Shown: in pieces, positions 37,231 to 46,565 of the stretch
Layout: each line of letters starts with the position of its first letter
Numbering within the stretch: the first letter of the stretch is position 1
Assembly (NCBI GenBank): GCA_965248435.1
Contig: OZ252100.1
Location: forward strand, 4,096,001 to 4,160,000
Length of the DNA stretch: 64,000 bases
Source: Candidatus Latescibacterota bacterium
GTDB taxonomy: Bacteria; Latescibacterota; UBA2968; GCA-2709665
Direction of reading: 5' to 3'
The notes under the pieces: generated by a model
Told to the model about the DNA's origin: nothing
Seen by the model: the letters and a program-made list of their open reading frames with translations, nothing else
The model's database searches: none
Program-made: the position numbers and the translations under genes

Positions 37231-38259
37231 TTGTATAACATGCGAATGTGTGCCGGTCTGCTGGTGCTGCTCTTCCTGGCCCCTTTCGAACTGAAGGGGG
37301 AATCATTCCTCTTTGAATCCGCCAGGGTAAGCGTATGGCGCGCTCCGAGCTCCGGTTTCAGGGGTGCCCAGGAGATCAACGTCACCGCACTCAGGCTCGA
37401 GGGAAAAACCGTTGTTATCGACCCGGGGGTCGAGCGCTGGCGGGACGACCTTCTTTCAGTCTTTCCAGTCATAGACGAGATATGGATCACGCACGCGCAC
37501 CCCGACCACGCGGCCCTTTCGGGGATCCTCCAGGAAAAGTCAGGATCCAGGATCCTGTGCTCGGCCCAGGGCAAGGCGATTCTCGAGAATCCACGAGCCT
37601 TCCTGAAAGGAGAATTCGATGCCGCGGGCCCGCTCAAGGGAGATATATTTCCCTGGTATCTCAGGCCGTTCTCGCAGGCAGCGCTCAAGTTCGCATATGG
37701 GCCCTGGCCGCCCGCGAGCGTGGATGAGACATTCGATTCTGACGGAATGGTCCGCTATGGCGTGACGGTCCGGCATCTTCCCGGGCATACTGACGGATCT
37801 GTCGGCTTCTCTCTTCTTGAAGAGGGAAAGCGGGTGCTGGTCATCGGTGATTTATTTCAGCAGCGCGCCGTCGGCGACTTTGTTCTATCCATAAACCTCC
37901 CACGCGCAGATCTGGATAAGGCCCTCCGGTCGCTCGAGGAAATAAAGTCCTGGGGACCTGACATCACCATCCCCGCTCATGGAGCGCTGATGGAAGGGGC
38001 TGGCTTCATCTCGGATGGCATCGACCATACCATCTCGAAGTACAAGGCGTACCGAGAGAAGGTACGCGCCTTTCTTGTAGAAAGGGGTCGTCTGCCTTCG
38101 CTCGCATCCATTGCGCGTGAAGTCCCGTTCGAATGGCCTGACTCATACAATCCCGGCTTTACTCAGAAGCGATCGCTCGTCTTTGCCGTCTTGAAATCTC
38201 TCAGGAGAGAGGGGAGTCTGCCATCCCAGATCGCCGGGCGGATCTCCGTTCATCCATAG
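37231..38259 (+). CDS. MBL-fold metallo-hydrolase, possibly exported (start may be 37240)
   Basis: THAHPDH, PGHT, IGD, PAHG. Confidence 0.85.
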   Translation: MYNMRMCAGLLVLLFLAPFELKGESFLFESARVSVWRAPSSGFRGAQEINVTALRLEGKTVVIDPGVERWRDDLLSVFPVIDEIWITHAHPDHAALSGILQEKSGSRILCSAQGKAILENPRAFLKGEFDAAGPLKGDIFPWYLRPFSQAALKFAYGPWPPASVDETFDSDGMVRYGVTVRHLPGHTDGSVGFSLLEEGKRVLVIGDLFQQRAVGDFVLSINLPRADLDKALRSLEEIKSWGPDITIPAHGALMEGAGFISDGIDHTISKYKAYREKVRAFLVERGRLPSLASIAREVPFEWPDSYNPGFTQKRSLVFAVLKSLRREGSLPSQIAGRISVHP

Positions 38260-38325
38260 GCCGGGATCTGGGCTAAGCACCAAGAGGCGGTCAAGGTAAT
38301 TCGCCTAACCGGAAGGAGGACACTT

Positions 38326-38826
38326 ATGGCTTCAGAAGTCCTGGGACAGGACATGCTGAAGGTCGTGGTGAGCATAGCGCTCGGGATGCTCACCTACGGG
38401 CTGATCGCGCGATGGTATGTCATGCCGGCGCTGGCGACCCTTTCCCGCAACGATGCGCTGATCCCGCTCGTGCTTCCGCACGCGTTTCGGTATATCGGGC
38501 TGGCTTTTCTGATTCCTGGTGTCGTTTCAGCCGACGTGACGCACGATTTCGCGGTGCCGGCAGCCTATGGCGACCTTCTGGCGTCAGTTTTGGCGCTGCT
38601 CGCGGCTGTCGCACTCAAGTCGAGATGGTCGATCGCAGTTCCGGCAGTCTGGATCTTCAACCTTGAAGGAACTCTGGACGCGCTGTATGCCGTGTCACAG
38701 GGCGTCCAGCACGTGGATGCAGGCCAACTGGGCGGCGTGATCTTTATCCCTCTCCTGATCGTCCCGGCTCTGTTCGTGACCCACATTATGATCTTTCAGA
38801 TTCTGCTGAGGAGACCCGCGTCTTGA
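38326..38826 (+). CDS. Uncharacterised membrane protein
   Basis: About 5 TM; HAFRYIG, PAAYGDL, FNLEG; RBS AAGGAGG. Confidence 0.75.
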   Translation: MASEVLGQDMLKVVVSIALGMLTYGLIARWYVMPALATLSRNDALIPLVLPHAFRYIGLAFLIPGVVSADVTHDFAVPAAYGDLLASVLALLAAVALKSRWSIAVPAVWIFNLEGTLDALYAVSQGVQHVDAGQLGGVIFIPLLIVPALFVTHIMIFQILLRRPAS

Positions 38827-38865
38827 AACGCTGCTGGTGTGAGGGATGACGCATAACGCGGCAGG

Positions 38866-39291
38866 ATGAATATGAAGAGGCCGCCTCTACAGAGGATGCT
38901 CGAATTTGGGCTCTACGTTGACTACGTTGAGCGTGCGGCGGACTTCTACGCCCGCGTCTTTGGGTTTCGAGCTCTGATGTTGAATGAGCGGATTGGCGTG
39001 CTTGACGTGGAGGGTAAGCAGATCCTGCTCCTCTTCAAGCATGGGGCGTCGACCGAGCCGATGAAAGTGCCGGGGGGTGTGATACCGCCGCACGACGGCG
39101 AGGGGACGTCGCACATCGCGTTCGCCATCCAGGAGCGTGACGTCAGCCACTGGGAGGGCTGGCTGAGGGAGCAGGCGCTGGAGATCGAGAGCAAGGTGGC
39201 GTGGGAGGAGGGAGGCCAGAGCCTATATTTCCGGGACCTGGATGGGCATTTGCTAGAGCTCGCAACTCCCGGTGTTTGGGAGACCTACTGA
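38866..39291 (+). CDS. VOC/glyoxalase family protein
   Basis: PPHDG, HIAF, SLYFRDLDGHLLELATPG. Confidence 0.88.
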   Translation: MNMKRPPLQRMLEFGLYVDYVERAADFYARVFGFRALMLNERIGVLDVEGKQILLLFKHGASTEPMKVPGGVIPPHDGEGTSHIAFAIQERDVSHWEGWLREQALEIESKVAWEEGGQSLYFRDLDGHLLELATPGVWETY

Positions 39292-39417
39292 ACTAGCAAG
39301 GCCAACTAGGTGAACTCATGAAGGCATACGTGGTCCGCAATGCGGGTCCACCGGGCGTACTGGAATTTACAGGAGTAACGAATTTTGTTTTCTTAAATCA
39401 TACCCGGAGGAATCAAA

Positions 39418-40431
39418 ATGAGCGAACAGCCAACACCAGAGAAAATCATGCAGGTTGGCCTGGGTTTTTGGGGTTCCAGAACACTACTGAGTGCCGTGGA
39501 GATGGGACTCTTTACCGAACTGGCCAGGCAAGGCGAAGATCTAAACGGACTTCAGCATCGGCTAGGATTGCATCCACGCTCCGCACGTGACTTCTTGGAT
39601 GCTTTGGTTGCAATGGGATTCCTAAGAAGAGTCGATGGGAAGTATCAGAATACGCCGGAAACAGATCTGTTTCTGGACAAGCAGAAACCCTCATACATAG
39701 GTGGAATGTTAGAGATGTCCAGTCACCGGCTCTTCGGGTTTTGGAATCATCTCACCGAAGCACTGCGCACCGGAGAGCCACAGAATGAGGCGAAGGGTGG
39801 GGGCGATTCCTTTTTTGCCACCTTGTACGCGGATCCAGATCGGCTTAAGGGATTCTTGGCGGCAATGACGGGTATCAGCCACGGGGCCAATCTTGCCATT
39901 GCTGGGAAGTTTTCCTGGAGCGACTATAAGACTTTTGCGGATGTGGGGACCGCACAGGGAGATCTTGGTGTTCAGGTTGCCCTCACGCACTCTCATTTGT
40001 CAGGTATCGGACTCGATCTACCTGGGGTAGCGCCCATTTTCGAGGAGTATGTCGAACAAAATGGTCTTTCGGAGCGTTTGCAGTTTGCCGCAGCCGATTT
40101 TTTCAAAGATTCTCTACCCCCGGTCGATGTCATCATGATGGGGCACATTCTTCACGATTGGAATCTGGAAGAGAAGAAGCTCCTCATCCAGAAGGCCTTC
40201 GACGCTATACCGGAAGGTGGCGCCTTCATTGTGTATGAGTCCATCATTGACGATGATCGATCTCAAAACGCCTTTGGACTTCTGATGAGTCTGAATATGC
40301 TCATCGAGACACCCGGTGGTTTTGATTATACGGGGGCCGACTGCGCGGGCTGGATGAAGGAAATTGGATTCCAAAAAACCTGGGTTGAACCTTTGGTAGG
40401 ACCGGACTCTATGGTCATAGGAGTCAAATAG
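39418..40431 (+). CDS. O-methyltransferase (dimerisation domain + methyltransf_2)
   Basis: [24 protein letters not shown]. Confidence 0.9.
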   Translation: MSEQPTPEKIMQVGLGFWGSRTLLSAVEMGLFTELARQGEDLNGLQHRLGLHPRSARDFLDALVAMGFLRRVDGKYQNTPETDLFLDKQKPSYIGGMLEMSSHRLFGFWNHLTEALRTGEPQNEAKGGGDSFFATLYADPDRLKGFLAAMTGISHGANLAIAGKFSWSDYKTFADVGTAQGDLGVQVALTHSHLSGIGLDLPGVAPIFEEYVEQNGLSERLQFAAADFFKDSLPPVDVIMMGHILHDWNLEEKKLLIQKAFDAIPEGGAFIVYESIIDDDRSQNAFGLLMSLNMLIETPGGFDYTGADCAGWMKEIGFQKTWVEPLVGPDSMVIGVK

Positions 40432-40543
40432 TCAGCGTTTCAATTTCAGGTCATTCAGCGAAGCAAGGATCTTGTCGTGCGACCGCACGCAGGATCAGCA
40501 AGACCACGCCTTTTATAAGACTTTGTGTTTTATGGGCTTATAA

Positions 40544-40569
40544 TAAATTTCTACACGCGTAGAAATTTA
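40544..40569. repeat. Palindrome TAAATTTCTAC-ACGC-GTAGAAATTTA
   Basis: 11-bp arms; upstream context similar to that of the 33379 palindrome. Confidence 0.85.
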
Positions 40570-40713
40570 GGCTGGACGACCGGTACCAGCCGGATCTGTT
40601 CTACCTGCTGGAGAACAGGACAGTGAGGTGGTGCTCAGGGAGGGCCGGTTTCTGAACCGCGAGCTCGTGGAGGCGGGATCGGCCAGGCGAGTTTGGGAGC
40701 CCCACTTACACAC

Positions 40714-40742
40714 TTGACCTGCAATCATCGAATCGGTAAACT
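40714..40742 (+). promoter_or_regulatory. Promoter TTGACC-N17-TAAACT (paralogous TTGACG-N17-TACTCT at 41719-41747)
   Basis: Conserved upstream of both PhyH duplicates. Confidence 0.6.
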
Positions 40743-40789
40743 TCAGCGATAAAGAATCCGAAAGCAGGGCCCGAAAGAGGAGAACTCCC

Positions 40790-41614
40790 ATGCTAACAGA
40801 CCTGGAAGTCGGACAGTTCCGCGCCTTCGGCTATGTCGTCCTGAAGGACTGCCTGGATGTGGACGAGCTGCAGGGAGTTCAGGACGCGTTCGACCGCGTA
40901 ACCGAGCGTGCGCCGGACTTTGAAGAGTTCGGCCCGTCCGGGACCCGGAGGTCGACATCGTTTATGGAAGAGGAGGGGGCGCTGGCGGCGCTGATCGAAC
41001 ACCCGAAGATCATGGAGGCGATGCGGGACATCGACGGGACCGAGTTCCTCTACATAGGCAACGGCGACCTGACGGCGAACATGGATGAGGTCTACTGGCA
41101 CACCGACGGCTGCCCCAGCATGCAGCCGATGACGGTGAAGACCGTCTTCTACCTCAGTGGGACGCCCGACGGCGAGGGGGCGCTGAACATCATCCCGGGG
41201 AGCTTTCACCCCGATTTCAGCGCCGCGCTCTACCGGTCGTATGCGCCGCTCGGGGAGGAGTACCGCAGGCGATCGCACAATCCGGATCCGAGCACCCGGG
41301 AGAACGTTCCCGGCATGGTCCAGGTCCTCGCGAACCCGTGCGACGTGGTGATCTGGGACAACCGGATGTGGCATTCGGCCTGGAAGCGGCGGGATGGGAA
41401 GCCGCGGCGGAATATCTTCTTCAGCTACGTGCGCGACCCGCTGGATGACCCGATCCGCGGGCGGGAGGCCCGGGAGCACATAGACAGATACCGTTCGGGC
41501 CCGAGCCGCCGATTCGTCTACAGCAAGAAATTGATGGAGGAAGGCGGCCCCGCGCGTGAGATGATGGCGAAGCGGCTGGAGGAGCTGGGGGTTGAAAACG
41601 TGCGGGAAGGATAA
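40790..41614 (+). CDS. PhyH family dioxygenase
   Basis: FGYVVL, WHTD, IPGS, MWH. Confidence 0.87.
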   Translation: MLTDLEVGQFRAFGYVVLKDCLDVDELQGVQDAFDRVTERAPDFEEFGPSGTRRSTSFMEEEGALAALIEHPKIMEAMRDIDGTEFLYIGNGDLTANMDEVYWHTDGCPSMQPMTVKTVFYLSGTPDGEGALNIIPGSFHPDFSAALYRSYAPLGEEYRRRSHNPDPSTRENVPGMVQVLANPCDVVIWDNRMWHSAWKRRDGKPRRNIFFSYVRDPLDDPIRGREAREHIDRYRSGPSRRFVYSKKLMEEGGPAREMMAKRLEELGVENVREG

Positions 41615-41647
41615 ACCAGACCTAAAAGACGTCACCCAAACAGAGAA

Positions 41648-41690
41648 GACCCCGTCCTGATTCAGCGAGATCAGGGCGGGTTCTTATTTG
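41648..41690 (+). terminator. Hairpin family B, copy 2
   Basis: CCCGTCCTGAT/ATCAGGGCGGG followed by a T-rich tail. Confidence 0.75.
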
Positions 41691-41793
41691 GTGGGACGGG
41701 GAAGCGCTATGTACTCACTTGACGTGTCATCACTAAATCGTTACTCTTCAGCGAAGGAAGGCGAGAAGCAGTACCAAAGAGAGGGCAAATCCA

Positions 41794-42614
41794 ATGTTGA
41801 ATGACCTGGAAGTCGGACAGTTCCGCGCCTTCGGCTATGTCGTCCTAAAGGACTGCCTGGATGCGGACGAGCTGCAGGAAGTTCAGGAGGCGTTCGACCG
41901 CGTAACCGAGCGCGCACCGGACTTTGACAACTTCGGCCCGTCCGGGACCCGGAGGTCGATATCGTTCACGGAAGAGGAGGAGGTGCTGGGGGCGCTGATC
42001 GAACAGCCCAGGATCATGGAGGCGATGCGGGACATCGACGGGACCGAGTTCCTCTACATAGGCAACGCCGACCTGACGGCGAACATGGATGAGGTCTACT
42101 GGCACACCGACGGCAACCCCAGCATGCAGCCCATGACGGTGAAGACCGTGTTCTACCTCAGTGGGACGCCCGACGGCGAGGGGGCGCTGAACATCATCCC
42201 GGGGAGCTTTCACCCCGATTTCAGCGCCGCGCTCTACCGGTCCTACGCGCCGCTCGGGGAGGAGTACCGCAGGCGATCACACCGTCCGGATTCGAACACC
42301 CGGGAAAACGTTCCCGGCGTGGTCCAGGTCCTCGCGAACCCGGGCGACGTGGTGATCTGGGACAACCGGCTGTGGCATTCCGCGTGGAAGCGCAAGGACG
42401 GGAAGCCGCGGCGGAATATCTTCTACAACTATGTGCGGGACCCGCTGGGTGACCCGGTTCGCGGGCGCGAGGTGCGGGAGCACGTGGCGTATTACCGTTC
42501 GGACCCTCACCGTTCGTCTACAGCAAAAAGATGATGGAGGCCGGCGGCCCCGCGCGCGGGAAGATGGCGGCACGGCTGGAGTCGCTGGGCGTGGAAAACG
42601 TGCGAGAGGGATAA
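41794..42614 (+). pseudogene. PhyH tandem duplicate frameshifted near 42510 (truncated product ends at 42534)
   Basis: Net 4-nt loss relative to copy 1; the homologous tail FVYSKKMMEAGGP...VENVREG* continues in another frame to 42614. Confidence 0.8.
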
Positions 42615-42649
42615 ACGGCGCATCCACAGTGACGTCGCACAAATGAAGA

Positions 42650-42692
42650 GGCCCCGTCCTGACTAAGAGAATCAGGGCGGGGCTTTTGTTTG
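42650..42692 (+). terminator. Hairpin family B, copy 3
   Basis: GCCCCGTCCTGA/TCAGGGCGGGGC TTTTGTTT. Confidence 0.75.
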
Positions 42693-42800
42693 GGATCGTG
42701 CTGGCAGGAAGATTGCAGGTCTAGTGGGGCATAGCCGATAGCTCGGGGGGATCATACTCAAGAGGATCTAACCAGACAAAAAAAGTCACGCCAACGAAGA

Positions 42801-42843
42801 GACCCCGTCCTGATGCACTCGAATCAAGGCGGGGTTTCTTCTT
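42801..42843 (+). terminator. Hairpin family B, copy 4 (no intact gene upstream)
   Basis: Preceded by AACCAGAC...GTCAC, like the 3' flank of PhyH copy 1. Confidence 0.7.
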
Positions 42844-43032
42844 GCAACTCTCAAGGGGTCGGGGCAACGGATGAACGCCCCGTTCAAAACACAGCATCGG
42901 TTTGAACAGGATGAATGGAGACATTAGTGCTTCCGAAAGACAGAATGACCTCTCTCGTCTACTGTGGCGCAATATCTTACAAGAACAAAACGGCCAACGG
43001 CATGAGAATTGCGAATCTGGAGGACCCAGCCC

Positions 43033-43061
43033 TTGACTTGTAACTAATAAATGGTTATATT
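43033..43061 (+). promoter_or_regulatory. TA promoter TTGACT-N17-TATATT with an overlapping TAAC-N9-GTTA inverted repeat
   Basis: Consensus boxes immediately before ATG 43066. Confidence 0.65.
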
Positions 43062-43065
43062 AGAG

Positions 43066-43329
43066 ATGTATGAGGTTGTAATCAAGCGGAAAATCCTCAG
43101 GAATATTCAGAGATTACCTATTCCGATCCAGAGGAGATTGGCGAACCTGGTCGAAGACTTACGGGACGGAGGACCATTTAGAAAAGACTGGCCCAACTAT
43201 GGAAAACTCGGAACGGATGACTATCACTGCCACCTTGCTCATAGGTGGGTGGCTTGTTGGTATTGTGAAAGCAACTCAAACATAATTGAGATGTATTATG
43301 CAGGCAGTCGTGAAGACGCCCCGTATTGA
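43066..43329 (+). CDS. RelE/HigB-like type II toxin
   Basis: 87 aa, basic; YHCHL and YYAGSREDAPY terminus; toxin-first order. Confidence 0.75.
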   Translation: MYEVVIKRKILRNIQRLPIPIQRRLANLVEDLRDGGPFRKDWPNYGKLGTDDYHCHLAHRWVACWYCESNSNIIEMYYAGSREDAPY

Positions 43330-43660
43330 GATCCACATCAAAGGAGATATTCCCAAGAAGCTCCTTTCTGTGCTTGAACAGGAATATGGGCAACAGGTCC
43401 AATTCATCGATGACGAAGAGACCGTGGATATCTTTCAGACCGATTGGTACCGACAAACAAAATCAAAGATGACGCCGGGCGACAACTTGAAGATCTACCG
43501 CACCAACAACGAATTGACGCAGGCGCGGTTGGGTGAGATGCTTGGGGGGCTACCGCGCCAGCACATTTCGAACATGGAGGCGGGCGCGAGATCTATCAGT
43601 TTGAAGATGGCACGGAAACTGTCAGAGATATTCAAGGTTTCGCCTGAGAAGTTCATCTAG
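43298..43660 (+). CDS. XRE-family HTH antitoxin (HigA-like)
   Basis: LTQARLGEMLG..RQHISNMEAGARSIS HTH; overlaps the toxin gene. Confidence 0.85.
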   Translation: MQAVVKTPRIEIHIKGDIPKKLLSVLEQEYGQQVQFIDDEETVDIFQTDWYRQTKSKMTPGDNLKIYRTNNELTQARLGEMLGGLPRQHISNMEAGARSISLKMARKLSEIFKVSPEKFI

Positions 43661-43683
43661 AATAGACACAGACTCAAGATCTC

Positions 43684-43726
43684 GCCCCGTCCTGATCCAC
43701 TCGAATCAGGGCGGGGTTTCTTGTTT
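43684..43726 (+). terminator. Hairpin family B, copy 5
   Basis: Loop nearly identical to copy 4. Confidence 0.75.
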
Positions 43727-43890
43727 GGCCACAACCTTCGAACGCCGGTGTTGTGTGGTTGTGGGAACGGAATGTATATTGGAATATTGCTTTGCTGACG
43801 ATGTCAGCTGGAATGTCCCGAATTGTTCGAATCGCGCCCGAGCAGGATAACTCGGGGTGGGTCACCACTTCAGTCAAAGGAGGTACAACC

Positions 43891-44553
43891 GTGGCAGATG
43901 AAAAACGTGTGGCTGGGTATGACGATCCGGTTCAGGAGCCTGAAGAACTCATCCTGAAGACGCTTGAGTACCGGATGCCTTTTAATTACCGGAATGTGAC
44001 GGTCCATCGTCAATATCATGGTGGGGAGGTACACGGCGTCGAGCTCTTCCCCATCAATACAGATACGAAAGGGAGTTCCGGTCTGCCGCCGGAATTCATC
44101 GAAGTCGAGGAACAGCACCCGATCGTCCGCGTGGCCGTCATCGGCAGCGCGTGCACCCCGCCCGGATGGATTCAAATCGAGGCTGACCCGGTGGAAGGCT
44201 TTAGGGGGGAGAGAGAGAGCCCTGAAGTCATGCCGGTTCGCTTTCGCGCAGACAATCTCTGGGGCATGCACTTCAGGTATGACAGCTGGAAGGCCAAGGG
44301 CAGCAGCCAGATCGACCCCGTCAAGGGAGCAGAACATTACCCCGATTCACTCCCTGGTGGCACCAAACCCAAGCTGATCAGCCGCGAGCTGCCCCTCACG
44401 GGGATGAGCTGCGCGATTTTCGAGATTCCGCCATCTGACCGCGTCCGGATTACGGGGGGAGGCCAGATTCCCGCGTGGACGGCCGACAACTTTCCCGACG
44501 ATGTTCACTATTCGTTCCGCATGATTCGTACTACGCTCTCCGTTAAAGCATAG
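43891..44553 (+). CDS. Hypothetical protein
   Basis: Strong RBS AAAGGAGG before GTG; 220 aa; no motif recognised. Confidence 0.65.
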   Translation: MADEKRVAGYDDPVQEPEELILKTLEYRMPFNYRNVTVHRQYHGGEVHGVELFPINTDTKGSSGLPPEFIEVEEQHPIVRVAVIGSACTPPGWIQIEADPVEGFRGERESPEVMPVRFRADNLWGMHFRYDSWKAKGSSQIDPVKGAEHYPDSLPGGTKPKLISRELPLTGMSCAIFEIPPSDRVRITGGGQIPAWTADNFPDDVHYSFRMIRTTLSVKA

Positions 44554-44604
44554 CCCGGAGCTGGCGCCGGGTGAAATGCGAATGTGGGCGTCACTCAACA
44601 ATAC

Positions 44605-44646
44605 GCCCCGTCCTGACAGCAAGAAGTCGGGACGGGGTTTTTGTTT
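44605..44646 (+). terminator. Hairpin family B, copy 6
   Basis: CCCCGTCCTGAC/GTCGGGACGGGG TTTTTGTTT. Confidence 0.75.
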
Positions 44647-44828
44647 GGAGGTCGCGAGAGGTCAGGAGACCGTTGGAAATTCCGTTCACATCGCGGCGTC
44701 TCATTGATCGGGATGATTCGGAAGGACCGACGTGAATCTCGAAGCTCGTGATGGCTGATTCTTTGCCTCGCTTTACCCGGGCGTAGCGGAAGGCCTCATC
44801 GAAATCACTCGGGATTCTGGCAAGGAGG

Positions 44829-45461
44829 TTGCTGACTACCCACGGCATGGGTAGACCTGCGACCGGAGGTGGAGCGTTGAATGATCTCGGTGACGTCCAG
44901 GGTGAGATCGGTTTCCATCACGTGAGTCTCTATGAAGGTGATCGGACGATCCTGGAAGATGTGCATCTGACGATTCCGGCTCACTCCACTGTTGCAATCG
45001 TCGGAAAAAGGGCCTCCGGGAAGGTCGCACTGACCAGGCTGATACAAAGGTTTCGTGATCCGTGCGAGGGAACCATCACGATCGACGGCGCTGACGTCAG
45101 AACGATCTGCCTCGAGTACCTGAGGCAGATCGTTTGCACGGAGACGCTGAAAGGCGGTTCATTCCAGGGGAGTGTTTCGCACGGTTTGAAGTTGAACACA
45201 CCGATCTTGATTCTCGAAGAAGCGGTCGCCGAGCTGGACTCTCGATCTGAATTTTACATTCAGGAGATGTTGAAGCGGATGACACGGGGGAGAACGGCGT
45301 TGATGATCGCGCGCCGGCCCTCCACGATCCGATCGGCCGATGAGGTAATCGTTCTGGAAGCGGGAAAGATGGTGGAGCAGGGGCCTCCACAGCTTCTCGA
45401 GGCGCTTGGAGGGAGCTTTGCGGACCTGATGGGCGAACTCGATGGTTCAGTTGTCGCGTAA
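44829..45461 (+). pseudogene. Degenerate ABC-exporter ATP-binding domain remnant
   Basis: Altered Walker A GKRASGKV, signature region absent, altered Walker B ILEE, IARR instead of IAHR, no TM domain. Confidence 0.65.
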
Positions 45462-45796
45462 TTCATCATCGGTGAAATAGAGTTCATTTCCGTCCGGGTC
45501 GGCTACGACCATGACCTTCATTCCCCATTGTGTAAACGACACTTCAGCGCCTGAAGACCTGAACTCGTCCTCTAACCCATTTACTCGACCCGAATCGAGG
45601 GACATAAAGATCCGCCCCTTTCCCGATTTCTGGACATCCTTGTTCAAGATGAGTTCTAAACCCTCTCGATCGACCTGCGCTGCACCATCTTCGTGCTTCC
45701 ACTCTCTGAAAACCCCAGTCGTTCGTAAAAATCGATCGACTTCTCGACATCATCCACGAAGAAGACCGTCCTGTGGTACCAAAGCGAACTTCCCAC
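45447..45796 (-). pseudogene. VOC family gene with one frameshift near 45703
   Basis: RBS AGGAGG, GTG start; RTVFFVDDVEKSIDFYERLGF, then WKHEDG...DPDGNELYF in another frame. Confidence 0.75.
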
Positions 45797-45830
45797 GCGT
45801 TGTCCTCCTGTGAGTGATTCGACGGTTTTG

Positions 45831-45853
45831 CGAGATACGAGATACGAGATACG
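45831..45853 (+). repeat. (CGAGATA)n heptamer repeat; also at 46617-46654
   Basis: Direct reading. Confidence 0.8.
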
Positions 45854-45854
45854 C

Positions 45855-46565
45855 TTAGGATGCGGCCGCGGCGGGCGACTCGAAGCCCTCTTCGTATATC
45901 CTCCAGGCCAGAAGCAGATTCAGGCAGATGGAGATGGGCACGACGATGCTCGGCGCCAGGATCATCGGGAACTCGAACATGAATTCGAAGCCCGGTTCGT
46001 TCATCCAGTGATTCATGCCGACAATCAGCGGCAGGAGGATGATGGCGGCGCCGAGCAGGTTCCAGATCGCGAGGAAGCGCCGGCCCACGGCATCCCTCAC
46101 CATCATCCACGCGAGGACGAGGGCGGATATGCCGTAGAGAAAGTCCGGGATGCCGACCACGAACACGAACTTGGACGTGACCTCGCCGCGGAACCCTTTC
46201 ATCACGCCGCCGATCGCCCCGATGCGCAGGGCCTGGAAAAGGACCAGCCAGTGCCACGGCGTGTACGCGGCGATGCCGCGCAGACCGCTTCGGAGCGGCC
46301 GCGAAACGACCAGGCCGACGACCAGCAGGACGATTGCCACGTTGGCCTGCCACAGCAGCGGGATCCGCTCCATCAACGCGACGTGCATCCCTTTGATCCC
46401 CATCACGAACGCGACCACCGTCCAGGCGAAAAACGCCAGCAGCAGGGCATAGACGTTGATCGCTTCCGCGAGGCTGATCGACTGATTCCGCTTCGCCCTG
46501 TGGGTGATCCAAATACAGAAGGCGAAGTTGATCAGGACGAAGATCGGAACGATCGAGAATTTCAT
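45855..46565 (-). CDS. Uncharacterised membrane protein
   Basis: 6-7 TM; QALRIG, WNLLG, FPM..APSIVVP; RBS AAGGAGG. Confidence 0.75.
   Translation of the reverse strand: MKFSIVPIFVLINFAFCIWITHRAKRNQSISLAEAINVYALLLAFFAWTVVAFVMGIKGMHVALMERIPLLWQANVAIVLLVVGLVVSRPLRSGLRGIAAYTPWHWLVLFQALRIGAIGGVMKGFRGEVTSKFVFVVGIPDFLYGISALVLAWMMVRDAVGRRFLAIWNLLGAAIILLPLIVGMNHWMNEPGFEFMFEFPMILAPSIVVPISICLNLLLAWRIYEEGFESPAAAAS

Noticed and set aside
40541-40569. AATTTCTAC-N4-GTAGA resembles the Cas12a repeat handle
   Set aside because: Single copy, no spacers, no cas genes; it extends into a longer palindrome
41648-44646. Hairpin B or hairpin A copies as a CRISPR array
   Set aside because: Spacing is irregular and gene-sized, and the loops vary
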